64,000 nt of DNA from Amphiscolops sp. MND2022 (lineage: Eukaryota): contig OZ076409.1 of the NCBI GenBank assembly GCA_964187785.1, forward strand, positions 92,382,001 to 92,446,000, written 5' to 3'. The notes under the pieces were generated by a model, which was not told where the DNA came from, searched no databases, and saw only the letters and a list, made by a program, of their open reading frames with translations. The translations under genes and the position numbers were made by a program. Positions 24,681 to 37,203 of the stretch are shown here, one piece after another (the first letter of the stretch is position 1; every line of letters begins with the position of its first letter).

Positions 24681-27168
24681 AACAAGACGCCCGCAAAGCG
24701 CCGTGATATTTTCCGCCACAAAAATGTCAGGCTCCAGCCCGGGTTCGAACCCACTACCTCCTGTCTGCCTGGTGGACGCTCTACCTAAAAAGTCGCTCAA
24801 TGTCGAAAAAAATCGAAAGGGGGACCCTTTAGTCTCGTCCTTTTTTGTAGGTTACGTTAAAAAAGTAAAAAAAAATGAAAGGGGGGACCCTTTTGCACTA
24901 ATTTCCGCTGACCGGATTTGGCCTTATGGTAGTAGTTTTAGTAGTTTCGATTGTAAGAAAAGTGGACCAATCAGAGTGAGATTGTAGTCTGACGAAAAAA
25001 AAAGAAAAAAGACGGGAACGTCTAAAGTCGGCGCTATATCTAAGGCTCAAAAAAGCGCAATTTTTTAAATTTGTTAAAGGGGGACCCTTTCGACTTTTTG
25101 AAAATCCACTGTTCCAAAATATCAAAAAAGTTGAGGGGGGACCCTTTGGAGACATTTAAAAAATATAATTTTTTTGGAAAAATTCTCGAAAAAAAACGAA
25201 AAATGAGATTTTTGAAACAGTCTCATAGTGCCGAAAAACTAGAAAGGGGGGACCCTTTGGGCTTTTTGAAACTTCAGTTTGCTGCAAAATATCAAAAAAC
25301 TTAAAGGGGGACCCTTTGGCGACAAAAAATTGAAAGAGTCGCACAGTGTCGCAAAAAAAATGCTCGAAAAAGTTTCTGGCTAAAGCAAGGACTCGAACCC
25401 GTGACCGCTGGGTTCACCGTAAACCGAGTACTGTCGAGTACATGTGAGCGAGAGTGAAGTCTGTAAAAAGTGGTACATACGCGATGAGGTCTGTGGTCTG
25501 ACAAAAAAAAAAGAAAAACAAGACGGGAACGTCTAAAGTCGGCGCTATATCTAAGGCTCAAAATGCGCAAAAGACTTTTTTTAAAAAAAAACTTGAAATT
25601 TTTGATTATTTTTTCTTTCAGAAAATGTCGCAAAGTGCCGAAAAATGTAAAAGGGGGGACCCTTTGGGCTTTATTAACATATATTCTGTAGCAAAATATC
25701 AAAAAACTCGAAAGGGGGACTCTTTTGAGACATTAAAAGTTTTTCGGAAAAAGTCGCACAATGCCGAAAAAAAATCGAACCTTTTAGTCTCGTCCGGTTT
25801 TGTAGGTTACGGTAAAAAAGTAAAAAATGAAAGGGGGGACCCTTTTGCAGTAATTTCCGCTGACCGGACTTGGCCTCTTATGCTAGTAGTTTTAGTAGTT
25901 TCGATTGTAAGAAAAGTGGCCTAATCAGAGTGAGATTGTAGTCTGACGAAAAAAAAGAAAAAAAACTAGCCACTGTAAGAGTCGGGCACTTTTCCCTAGA
26001 AAAGCGCCGACTAAAAACTAGCCACTATAATAGTCGGGCTCTTTTCACTAGAAAAGCGCCGACTAACAAGACGGGAACGTCTAATGTCGGCGCTATATCT
26101 AAGGCTCAAAAAGCGCATAAGACTTTTTTTGTAAAAAAACGAAATTTTTGAATTTTTTTCTTTCAGAAAATGTCGCATAGTGCCGAAAAATGTAAAAAGG
26201 GGGACCCCTTGGGCTTATTAACATATATTCTGTTGCAAAATATCACATAACTCGAAAGGGGAACTCTTTTAAGACATTAAAAAATTTCCGAAAAAAGTCG
26301 CACAATGCCGAAAAAAATCGAAAGGGGGACCCTTTAGTCCCGTCCGGTTTTGTAGGTTGTTGAAAAAGTAAAAAATGAAAGGAGGGACCCTTTTGCACTA
26401 ATTTCCGCTGACCGGACTTGGCCTCATGGTAGTAGTTTTAGTAGTTTCGATTGTAAGAAAAGTGGCCCAATCAGAGTGAGATTGTAGTCTGACAAAAAAG
26501 AAACAAGACGGGAACGTCTAAAGTCGGCGCTATATCTAAGGCTCAAAAAGCTCAGAGTTTTCTAAATATGCCCAGGATGTATTCATGAAAAGCTTTGAAA
26601 ACACTTTCGAGACACCCAAAGTGTGCCTTTCATGCTCGATATGACTGGAAAATCACTTTTCTCGACTGGAAACAAAAAATTTTGAAAATTTTTTTGAAAT
26701 TTTTTTTTTTGAAAAAACTTCGAAAACGTCGCATAGTGCTGAAAAATGAAAAGGGGGGACCCTTTGGGATTCATTAACATACTTTCTGTTGCAAAATATC
26801 AAAAAATCCGAAGGGGGGACTCTTTTGAAAAATTAAAAATTTTCGAAAAAAAAATTCGCCGAAAAAAAATTGAAAGGGGGGACCCTTTGGAGTCTTCCGG
26901 TTTTGTAGGTTACGTAAAAAAGGTAAAAAACGAAAGGGGGGACCCTTTGCAGTAAGTTTGCATTGGTCGAACTTGGCCTGAGTGAAGTTATCAGTTTCTG
27001 TAAAAAGTACATACGCGATGAGCTCTGTGGTCTGACGAAAAAAAAATAAAAGAAAAAAAACTAGCCACTGTAATAGTCGGGCTTTTTTCCTTAAAGGAAA
27101 ATGCGCCGACTAAAAAAAACTAGCCACTGTGATAGTCGGGCTCTTTTCACTAGAAAAGCCCCGACTAA
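24681..27168 (-). mobile_element. Nested cluster of about 5 HINE-like elements
   Basis: Left ends at about 24681, 25009, 25517, 26065, 26502; right ends stacked at about 26013, 26065, 27112, 27167. Confidence 0.85.
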
Positions 27169-27637
27169 AAACGCTACACAGATGGTGATTTTCCTCTCCC
27201 TACACTCTACACCATAAATTGTGGGGGCGGAAAATAACAAAGCTGTGTGTATTTCTACAACCAATCAGATTCAAGCTTGTATTCGAGTTTTGTCAAATCA
27301 ATTTTTAACAAAGCTAATTCTAATTTTACAATCTGCAAAAGTGAATAATTTGGGACAGATACCACCCTCCATTTATTCCAAAGTCCTTATCACGGACCAT
27401 GGTGTTGCGTCCTTGATCTTTTATTAAGTTTGTTAAATATTGACCTGAAAACACTGTAATGCAGTTTATAACGATCTGTTTTAGTTTTTTTCCCGGAACC
27501 ATGAACGAATGAATGGCAGTTTTCTATAAGAATAAATAAATTCGATTGCATCCGCCAAAATGTTATGCCAAAAAATTTGTTTTGGGACTTTTTTGGAACG
27601 TTGTGCTTCGAGAGGTAAGCCATAAGCCTGTCTACAG

Positions 27638-27814
27638 GAAAAGGATGATATCTCCCTGGAATCGAGTTCCACGTCTGCCGACTTCGAGCATTGCAACAGC
27701 CCCAGTCTCGAGAGCAGTAACGGTTTCAACGAAGACCACCATAGCGCCCAAAAACCAAAGTTCAGTATCGATGAATGGCTGGAACAACGGATACTTGAAC
27801 AAGTGTTTCTATAA
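27638..27814 (+). CDS. Uncharacterised Ser-rich protein, exon 3
   Basis: CTACAG|27638, phase 0: EKDDISLESSS...KPKFSIDEWLEQRILEQVFL*. This frame is not in the ORF track. The model gives 268 aa. Confidence 0.55.
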   Translation, partial: EKDDISLESSSTSADFEHCNSPSLESSNGFNEDHHSAQKPKFSIDEWLEQRILEQVFL

Positions 27815-29461
27815 CACACCGAGGGCGTCGCGTCGCTACTACCCCTACCACCTAATTCAAATACAATTTATCAATTTACCTGTCCTCCAATTATCACTGT
27901 ACTGTCTATAATATTTGTTTTTGTGCTTTTGAAAAGTGCTATCCTTGTTTTACACCAAATCAGCTATGCTGACCCTGTGTCAGTGACACTCCATTAGAGC
28001 AAACAAAGTATTGGGTGGTGGTGGTTTTCGAGAAGGCGACCAAGTTGTAGCGTGAACATGCGATGCAATCGAAACGCGGTCGAGTAGAGTCATTCTGAAA
28101 AATTATAAGGAAACATAATTATCTTCTAAACGAAGAATGTGAGTTGTGTCAGCCTGCTTAGCTGAAAAGTTCTTATTTCGAGGATATAGCTAATTGTTTT
28201 CGACTTTTATGATAAATTATCAGAGGCTAAATTCAATATAGAAGATAAAAAGTTTTTGCCACAGCAAAATTTTTACATTAATCTTAATCCAACTTTGAAT
28301 ACAGTCTATAAATCTTGAATTTTTACGTCTATTTTCGTTTTTGTGGAGGTTTACATGAGTTGCATCCTTCGAAACCACCCTTTACCGCTCTCTAACCATT
28401 ATTAATACTAATGACTACTGCTTTTTCAGTACTTAACTACTTTGGAGTATAAATTATGAATTCAACCTTCTTGTCTTGCCTCTGGACAGGCCGTGGCCGA
28501 AGAAACAAACCACTGTATGAACAGATAAATGAAATGGTATCAGCCTTATGTCACAAATTGTGTAACCAATGACACTGACTTATCACAAAAGTATACAAGT
28601 ATTTTTGTAGTGCCCTGAATTCTTCATATAGCAATCACTGGATACACGGAAAAAGTCCTTGGTATGGATCCTGGTAAATTTTGGGTGGTAATTCATGAAT
28701 TCAATCAAACAGTAGAATTGCTATATCAGAGTTCGCCTTTATCTCATTTTATTTCAAAACACGTAACCTAATCTGACTTGGTTCTGATGAAATCTACGAA
28801 GTGCTGCACTGCTTCAATAAAAAAACTAAAAATAAATAAAACTATAAAAAAACTATTAAAAAAATAAAATGAAAATTAAAAATCCATTCTAAGAGGTGTT
28901 ACGTATTTGGTCCTAGACTACGAAAAACTGCCTATTGGACAAAAATAAGAAAAGCGGTTGTCTGAAAAGCCATGTCTGTCACTCGATTCTTTCTCTAACA
29001 AGAAAATGGGTTTTTCATTTATGCAAGAATTGGTTGTTTGTCAAAAAGTTGTTTGTCTGACAAAAGGTTATACAATACTTAGAGGCGAGTTATTTCAGCA
29101 GTTTTTATCCAATATTCTAAAACGAGCGTTTTCCTCTTTTCGTCCTTGATTCATTCTGAAGACATTTTTTGCGAAAGTAGTTGTCTGATTTGGGAAGAAA
29201 TGAAGACTCCAGTTGTTTGTGAGACAATTGACAAAACTCATCTCTGAAAGAAACAGTTATCTCAGAAACTTGATTTTTATCAAAAATACCAACGTGATAA
29301 AACTAGTTTGAAGTCCATCGGAAAAACTAACTATGAGATGCCGTGTATATGTAGCATTGATTATGGTAACTGAATTTTTTCTGTAACGGAAATGCTTTTC
29401 CATTTGTTCTTGAACGGGAAGTCAAGTTTTCATCTGCATATTTGAGCGATATCTTCATCTA

Positions 29462-30011
29462 TAGATCGTTTCAAAAAGTTCGCGAAACTAGAACTAATTA
29501 ATCGTCGCTGAAAATACCTTTTCCGAAGTCGAAAAATAAATGTCGACGGCACCAGTTAACTCTCCTATCTTTTTGAGCATTCGGAAGAACGTCTTGTACA
29601 GTAACACGATTTCGAATGTCGCTATTTTTTTAAAAAAAACGGTGTGCCGTGGCATTGGAGTTAAGTCGTCCGGCTGTAAGCAGAAGGTCAGAAAGCCGGA
29701 GTTTTGAGTTTCGATTAACGTGGCCCAGAAGCTGGCGCTTGATTCTTCTTGTGGGTACATATTTTCGACCCAATTTGACTTTTTCTGCCCAAGACTTCGC
29801 TTCAGGATTCCTCTGAGTGTTGACTCGGAAATCGAGAAAATCCGAGCAATTGCTGAGTTTGCATAATCTGGGTTTGCATCTTTGAAACGGTATATCGATT
29901 TTGCAAGGTCGTCAGATATGCGCTGGCCTCGCATGGTTGCAGAAATTGATATGATAGCATCGCTAATTAAAAGACTGGTACCTACTCTCGCGAACTTTTT
30001 GAAACGATCTA
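29462..30011 (-). mobile_element. Internally deleted Tc1/mariner element
   Basis: Perfect 24-bp TIRs TAGATCGTTTCAAAAAGTTCGCGA with TA flanks; ORF 29494-29934 begins with an HTH (SAIARIFSISESTLRGILKR); no DDE domain seen. Confidence 0.85.
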
Positions 30012-31051
30012 TATTATGGACTTAGTTTACCTCCTATCTATTATTTACCTAAGTTTGAGGTCTGTTAAAAACCACAAGTCTAGATGATGCACGTGGTTGA
30101 CTTAAAGCTTATGTTCAAAATATATAACATTGAAGCAGTGCAGTGTAGTGAAGATCTTTTGAAAAATGATGTCCACTTGTTTTAGCAATGCCTCGAGTTT
30201 CAACTGCCATCTATTATCTACGAAAAGTGCTGTACTCAAAGTTTATTTTTTCCACTATATAAACATGATGAGAATGATCACTTTGCTCAAGTTAGCCATT
30301 CAACATGAATTCTACCCCGAAAGTGTGTGCCAAGAAAAAAGTTGATTTGAATAAGCTTTCGAATTGCAGAAACAATTGTCTTGAGATCAACATAGTTGAT
30401 CAATCTATTTTTACATGGCCCTGTTTGAATGGCCTAAAAATGTATACGAACTATCAATATTTCTGCTTAAGGAGCTATAGTAAACTAAAGACCGACTGAA
30501 GGAAATCTGTTAGTGAAGAAGGTTCGTTTATTATAAGTTAAATTCCTTCCCAGATTAAGCTATCCGACAAGAAAGATTTCCCTACGAGTAGGGTCCTATT
30601 CTTCAAAGTGTACTGACTAGCAAAATACGCTGTTGTTCTGATACAGATTTGCCATTCCGAGGAGAAGAAAAGGATGGGTCGTTCAGACGCGATCCTAATT
30701 TAAGCTCCTTTGTACTGTTCACGGCTCTGCCGGCTAAATGAGCTTTATCTACCTGTAGACAGGACTTCCTTCTCAACCATTGAGGCATTCCGTACAAAAC
30801 GATGTGTCCAAATTTTCAGACTTGCACTTTTTCGACTTCGTACCAGAAGATCCTCACTCAAGCGAGAGCCATCTTCCACGTACCTTCTTCCATCAAGCTT
30901 TTTGCTGCGTCGACAACAAACGCAATGTCCTGCAAAACTTCGAAAAAAATCCTCATCGCTGGTTCTCTGTTAACCCGCCTTCAAGAAGACAGTAATTTCC
31001 AGATTCTCCCCACCATGATGAGTGTTGGGGAACTCGAACAAAGCCTCCATC

Positions 31052-32770
31052 GTTGGTTGGTTGGTTGGTTGGTTGGTTGAAGTCGTCATGACTCTCTGTA
31101 TTTGGCATCATTTGAGTACTTGATGACAGGGTTAACAATCAACGATGGGTGCTCTGCTCTAGCTTCATCCTCTGCCACAGTACACTTCAAAGACAATGGT
31201 TTCCATTGGCTTCTCTGACCGCCTTCTCCAACACAGCAGATGCTTCAGAAACGTTGGAAGCCCTTTGGCTCTTCGATGACATTCTGAGTTGAAATATTTT
31301 TATACTCAGTATTTTTTTATATTTTGGCCCGAGGTGGCCGGTATCTTCATGAATTGGAACAACTCAAAATTGTGCGACATCCACCCGCCTCCTCAGAGTT
31401 AGGGCTCCGTGAAGCAGGTACTGCCCTAGTACAGAGGAGCCCATGTCCTGAGAGGTGGATCAGTGGTTGTCTGACCAACCCTCTACTTTTCATTGGGGAC
31501 TTTCCTGTAAAGAATTTCATTGTTCTCTGCCGTGAAAAAAATTTGCACCCTTGTTTTTCTGCAAGTGTGACTTGAGCCTGCCTTCAGTTTTAGTGCAGTT
31601 AGTCATTGGGCAGGCAAACTCAGCAGGTGCCTTCCTAATTTCACAATGCACACCTGCCGACAGAACCGTGTCATCGCCAATTGCGTGCCTTCTGTTCTTT
31701 CTGCTCGGCAAAGGTTAAGCTGCAGTCCTCAAAGGGCCCGGACAGTGATTTCCGGTCCCATCTAGTGGGACCTAAGAGACTATTTTTGACACGGGAAACT
31801 GACTTTAAATGGCGCATCCATCTAGTCTAAAGGTAAGTCGAAGATTTGTACATCGTCTTATGGCTGTTTCATCCAGCATCGCTTTCAGATTTTATAATCT
31901 TTAAGTGAGCCCGGGACTGCCCTAACCCCAAGGTTTATGAGGCCATTACTGAGGTTGTTGCCTGGTCGACCCGAATGTCCCTCAGCTGGATAAGCTCAAC
32001 CAGATGAGTGTTACTGACCTACATTTTTTGTCTTGAATCTTCAGGATCTTCGAGTTTTGTTTGAAGCAGCATTAAGCTTAGACAAATGGCTTTCACGATT
32101 CACACTAGTTTCTGAACTGTGTAGTATAGGCTTCACGAAGACATCGACCAGACTGCAACTCTGAAACTTAAACTACCATTTACAAGTGCGGCCCTTAACT
32201 TTACAAGAGCAATTCGTGCGTTGCTGAATTGTTTACAATGGCTCTCTGGTCGATATCCGCATCAATTATGCGCCCCAGGTATTTGAAACCGTTTACTTGT
32301 TCTATCGGACCCCCAGGTAGCGTGAACAAAGGCTTGTTTGTGGTACTACCCACAATTAGGCATTTCTTTGACTTGACTGGAATTTCTATGCGAAACTCCT
32401 CAATCTCGTTGTTCAGACTCTGCACCTTATAGTGCATAGTCTTCTCGTCATACGCTACCAACGCTGGGTCATCAGCATATCCGAAATTATCAGTGAATTG
32501 AAAGCCTCGATCCGAGCAATCCACTGATCTCCGCCACAGGTAGTCCGTTGTGATGTTATTGATGAAGGGGCCAACCACACACACTTGCCTTACACCTCTC
32601 ATTTAAAAAAACGGTTACTTGACGCGATTCCTCCATAGGGAAATACATGAATGGCTCCAACCAAGTTGCCCAATACTGGCGCTAATTCCAGATCCTCCAG
32701 TGTTTTGAAAAGCAGCCCTCGATCCACTGTATGAAATGTTTCAGCTGAATCGATGAACACTATGTGCACG
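31052..32770 (-). mobile_element. Degenerate non-LTR retrotransposon (LINE, RTE-like) remnant
   Basis: Minus-strand RT motifs VFIDSAETFHTVDR (near 32740), RGVRQ, GYADD, IEQVNGFKYLGRII; the (CAAC)n tract at 31052-31078 may be its 3' tail. Boundaries approximate. Confidence 0.7.
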
Positions 32771-33799
32771 TGTTTTTAGGCCTTTGGCTCTTTGTGTCAG
32801 GTTACGCAGAGTCCAAACTGCCTGTGCGGTACTTCGATGCTAACGAAAGCCAATGCAGCTCTTACCTGCTGCTCTGCCTCTCTTGCTTAGTGCAGGAGCG
32901 AGCTGATCGCCGTGTAGGGTTGGACGATATATTCTATCTTGGGTTTCTTGTTTCGATGTTATTTTCTTACTCACTTTGATGTGATGTCATAAAAGCACAC
33001 CCCTATGTTCCGTTGTAACAAAATGTCAATTTTATTGCTTCGATTTAGTCGATATGAATAATCTCAGCATCTTTTACGGTAACAAAGACTCTGGACTGAA
33101 TTCCTTATAGATTAGTTCGTTCTAAAACAATATACTCAGCACTAAGCCTCTATTATTCTCTTCTTTGACCGAGTGCTGTCATTGAATTTGACTGAGTTAT
33201 CGGCCGAGTTGATATGATCTGTATCTGCTCTGACGTCGACTGATACCCTATAGGATGGTCGACCATCATCACAGAAGGTGATGATCGCATATGCGCATCC
33301 GTATGGCATATGGACTGTCTCATCAGTCCTAACCTCGCATCAACTGATCCGTGATTTCATCGTCGTACACAGCCCGTCCTATTTATGGAGCAGCAGTGAA
33401 TTCGCCCATATCGAACTACAATTCTTCACGAATAGGCTCCTGCTGTGGGCTTGGTTTAGAAGACCCAGATCTTTCTTCCGGAAAGCAGCTTAATGACGTG
33501 GTCTCCTGCTGTGTCCGTAGAGGCTAAATCATCGAAGTGCCATGGTCGATGGCTGGTCCTTCTAACACAGGGAAGATATCTGAAGCAAAACCATCAGAGG
33601 AATAAATTGTTCATTCGTGATCGTTTGAAAATATATTGTCAAACCCATAGTGAGTGTAACCGAAGCCTTCAATCGCTTCTGTCATTTTCATTTTCGGCCA
33701 ATCGCTATTTTCATTTCAGAACCTTAAATTTTGCACGAAATCTTTTCTTCCTACACTCCAATAGGCAGAAATAGATATTTGATATAGAAAAAAACATAT

Positions 33800-34189
33800 A
33801 GAAGAAAGAAAGTTAATTTCCCCAATTCCGCGGGGTGGACGCCGAATAAGCAGTTCTGCTTTTCTAAGTCGACGCCCTTTCGGATACTATCTCCCCATAG
33901 CAAGCTATGGTACCATATTTGCAGCCAAGTGGTCAAGCAATGGTGGACTTGAAGCTGTGGTTGTGGTTTCAAAGTGACTTGCTCAAGGTCACAAAGGTCT
34001 GATTGCTCACCGTTGCTCTTTTTGTTTTTGCTTTTCTCCGCCAAATGCGTTATTTTTTGTCACTGACCATACCACTAAGCTAGGGATGAAGGACTTGCTT
34101 AAGGCCCAACAATGGTGAGTTGAGAGAGATTCGAACCTGCTACCGCCCCAGTACAGGACGAAATGCTCTAACCACTACACCATGCTCCC
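33800..34189 (-). mobile_element. tRNA-derived SINE
   Basis: Head GGGAGCATGGTGTAGTGG (A box)...GGTTCGAATC (B box), then CORE-like CCTTAAGCAAGTCCTTCATCCC, and a (TTTC)n tail; other copies at 39115-39211 and about 50795-50870. Confidence 0.8.
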
Positions 34190-35334
34190 TTTTCTGAGAC
34201 TTAGACCTTCCTTCAGTCAACTCAACAACAGTGAGCCAGCAGTAGGCCATTGGTCTCATTAGGGCTCGCACGAAGTTTGTTCGTACGTGTCTCCAACATT
34301 CACAACGCCTTGGCGGATTCCATTAGCAACTCTTCGGCATCCGTGAGGTTCATCGTTGACACTAGCAGGGTACGAAAAACGATGTTGCACGATGACCACC
34401 GTTAAAGATGCTATACCCAGATAAGTGACGAGGTACAGAAAATGTGGTTAAGACAAGTTCGAAAGGTGTAGTTTATCGTCGATAGTTTATGGAAAATGTG
34501 AGGTGGAACGCTTTTAGCAAAAGGCTTTCAACTTGGGTGGTTGTTAACTTACACCGATACTGTTTTTTCTCAACACTATACACAAAATGCATAGTTAAAT
34601 TCATCTGGCATTCTCTAATCGAAATTTTAAACTTAATCCTCCTTTAATATTGATGTTCGAATTGAGCAAGTGCGTTTTGAGAGATTCAATAGTTTGGGGA
34701 AATTGGGAAATTAGCCAAAATGTTGAAATCTGATCCAATGATTAATATTAAAGATGATCATTCTTGTCTGACTTGAAGATCTAGTAGCGATCTTTGAATA
34801 TAATCTCTATATCTATCGCTGGACGATGATCGACTGCAGTTAAATTTTTCTTAATTTGGACCATATTTGATCTATTTATCTCACCAATCGTGGATTTCAA
34901 AACTAGCTGCAAGGATTTTTGAAATATTTGTATGGAAACTAATATAAATCTCACAACCGAACTCTTTTGTTTACTATTAACTGAGGAAACAAGTGTTACT
35001 TTATAGACTAGTTTTGACCCGTGTCATTAGCGAAAGTTCGAATTTTGATTACGGTCGTGTTTGGGTTTTTGGACGTGTTCGAGAAACATAAAGGCGCTCA
35101 TCAAAATGACCAGCGCGGCTGGTGAATCTTATGATCAATCCTTCACTTATTGTCGGTATATTTCAAGATCTGCCCAGTTTGGCATTTGGCTTGTGACTTG
35201 AAAACTGTTTTCCATGGTCATGGTATTCGCTAATGGTTCAAATTAAAGTGTAAAACAATCAATTTCCGTATACGTTTGCAACGTGGAAACCAGTCGAAGT
35301 GCGTAATTGTAGAAAGTGTTAAGTAGGCACTTAC

Positions 35335-35528
35335 CAGTGGCGGTTTTAGAATATTTTTAAGGGGAATGCTGATTGTGTGAAAACGGTTTTTGCTTAGAAT
35401 AGCGCCTATTTCTTACATATTCAAAATTATAGTGAAACCTAGAAGGGTCCCCTCTTTGAGCAATGGCACTATATTTTTTTTTTTGAAAAAAAGGGGGATG
35501 CTACCGGATGCCCCCTAAAACCGCCCTG
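35335..35528. mobile_element. Short hAT-type MITE
   Basis: CAGTGGCGGTTTTAG / CTAAAACCGCCCTG; TSD GCACTTAC/GCACGTAC. Confidence 0.75.
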
Positions 35529-36345
35529 GCACGTACTGCATTTTGATGACTTCGCGTAACGCCAAATCACATAGTTTAACGAGCACAACATGCAACGAGT
35601 ATTTAAAAGAATAACGCTTTCCTTTTGGTTGGTAATCGAACTAGCAAGATCTTGCTAGTTCGTTGCGGCATGTGTATCGTCATGTTTCTACCAAGTTCTA
35701 GTTTGAGCTTTTTTTCGATGTGAATTTCGTCTCAACAATTACAACTTCTCAAAAAATGAAGCATTTTGCTCTTGACATGACATATTTTGTTCCCTGAAGC
35801 GATTCGGTGTCCACTTTTGTGTCAGTTTTAATGTAGATAAGTCGTCATTCATAAGTCAAGCTCTTGAATAGTTCACTTAATATCGTATCCGCTATCCGTC
35901 AACCGGTATCCGGTTAGGAGAAAGTGACCGGATATTTTATTAAAAAACGGTTCAAAGTAGATATTTTTTTTCAAAAAGTGGTTAATCAACGACCTCGTTG
36001 AATAATTAACAAATACATTGCCCCGTTCTTGTATATTTTCTGCAATCCGGCTGATTGCATTGCGCTTTATGATTCTCCACAGCGGTAAAAAAAAATGCCC
36101 GTACGTCTTTTCATTGATTTGAAAAAAAAACTATTTTAGAACAAACCCTATTTCAAGAACTAAAATGTACTTAAATCTTCAAAAAGACTGAGAAATTGTA
36201 TTTAGAACTATCCGGTTAAAATCCGCAAGAAAAATCTAAATATCTTGTATCCAGTATCCGGTAAATTCTCATCCCGTTACATCTCTAAATCTTACCACAA
36301 GTTGTACAAAGAATCAGTTAAGTCATGCATATGGTAACTTTTTAT

Positions 36346-36708
36346 CAGAGTTTTGAGAGTTAGCGGCCGCGCAGAATTTTTTCAGCAATTTTATTAGCGA
36401 TTCAAATCAACGGCATCTAACAAACTGTTCAAATTCAGAATTTCTTCGGAGTGTACACGGAGTTTCAAAATGAATCTCAAAATTTTCCAACTTTTACCCG
36501 TGTAAAACCTACACAATATCAAAAATCTCATCTTTCTTCCTGTTAAATGTGGAAAGTTATTTAATTTTAAAAACATACTTGAAGTAAAACATTTAAGAGT
36601 TCGTAGAGAAAAAAATTCAGCTCGAAGAGAAGTCTTTCAGCAAAATACCGATTTTGAAATAAGTGGCTTTGCGGTTAGCGAAAAAAAATTAGCGCTGTCA
36701 AAACCCTG
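36346..36708. mobile_element. hAT-type MITE, CAGAGTTTTGAC family
   Basis: TIRs CAGAGTTTTGA/TCAAAACCCTG; TSD CTTTTTAT/CTTTCTAC. Confidence 0.8.
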
Positions 36709-36723
36709 CTTTCTACATTTCAG

Positions 36724-36820
36724 GGTTGTCATGCACGAAGTGAGCGATGCCAATTTCGAGGAGTGGAAGTTGTTCTTCGCCAATTATTTCTCCGAAGCAC
36801 CCGCCAATGACGACAATGAG
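36724..36820 (+). CDS. AEBP2: Probable upstream exon of AEBP2/jing
   Basis: TTTCAG|36724; VVMHEVSDANFEEWKLFFANYFSEAPANDDNE (ATG at 36731); donor GTTTGA, phase 0, fits the acceptor at 38850. Confidence 0.5.
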
Positions 36821-37203
36821 GTTTGACTATATAATCAACTCTGCAATTGATCGCATATGTTTTTGAAGACTGGAGGCGTTTTGTGTGCTCCCAGTATTGA
36901 ACCCTTGAAATCTTTGGGCCCTTCCCTTTAAAAATCATATCTTGGTCTAATCCATATTTGCTTGCTGAATTTTTCAGTGAAAAGAGCCATTTGGTGTTTT
37001 TGAATGTTCAGTTTTATCTTAAAGAATTAAACAATTCTGAGAGACACTCGAGGAACAAAGGTCTTTATACTTGGGCCATATTTTATCATTAAATTAGTGC
37101 CTGTGTGTCGTGGTATTGAGTGTATAATTAGTTCATCGGCTGAAAAGCTGTACATTTTTCATGCCACCAAATACCACTGAGTTTTCATGACATTCCTCGT
37201 TTT

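Noticed and set aside
23821..26955. Recurring short ORFs with KGDPL/KGPP peptides
   Set aside because: Translations of the AAAGGGTCCCCC repeat in HINE copies, not genes.
27546..27911. 121-aa ORF as exon 3 of the Ser-rich gene
   Set aside because: A different frame starting at 27638 fits the splice phase and composition better.
30600..31030. Cluster of short ORFs next to the (TTGG)n tract
   Set aside because: No recognisable motif or consistent splice sites; possibly retroelement debris, but not supportable.
34110..34189. Functional tRNA gene
   Set aside because: A/B boxes are present but there is no convincing acceptor stem, and it continues into a multi-copy SINE body. The tRNA-like segments at 19570, 24730, 25378 and about 60730 are also too degenerate to call.
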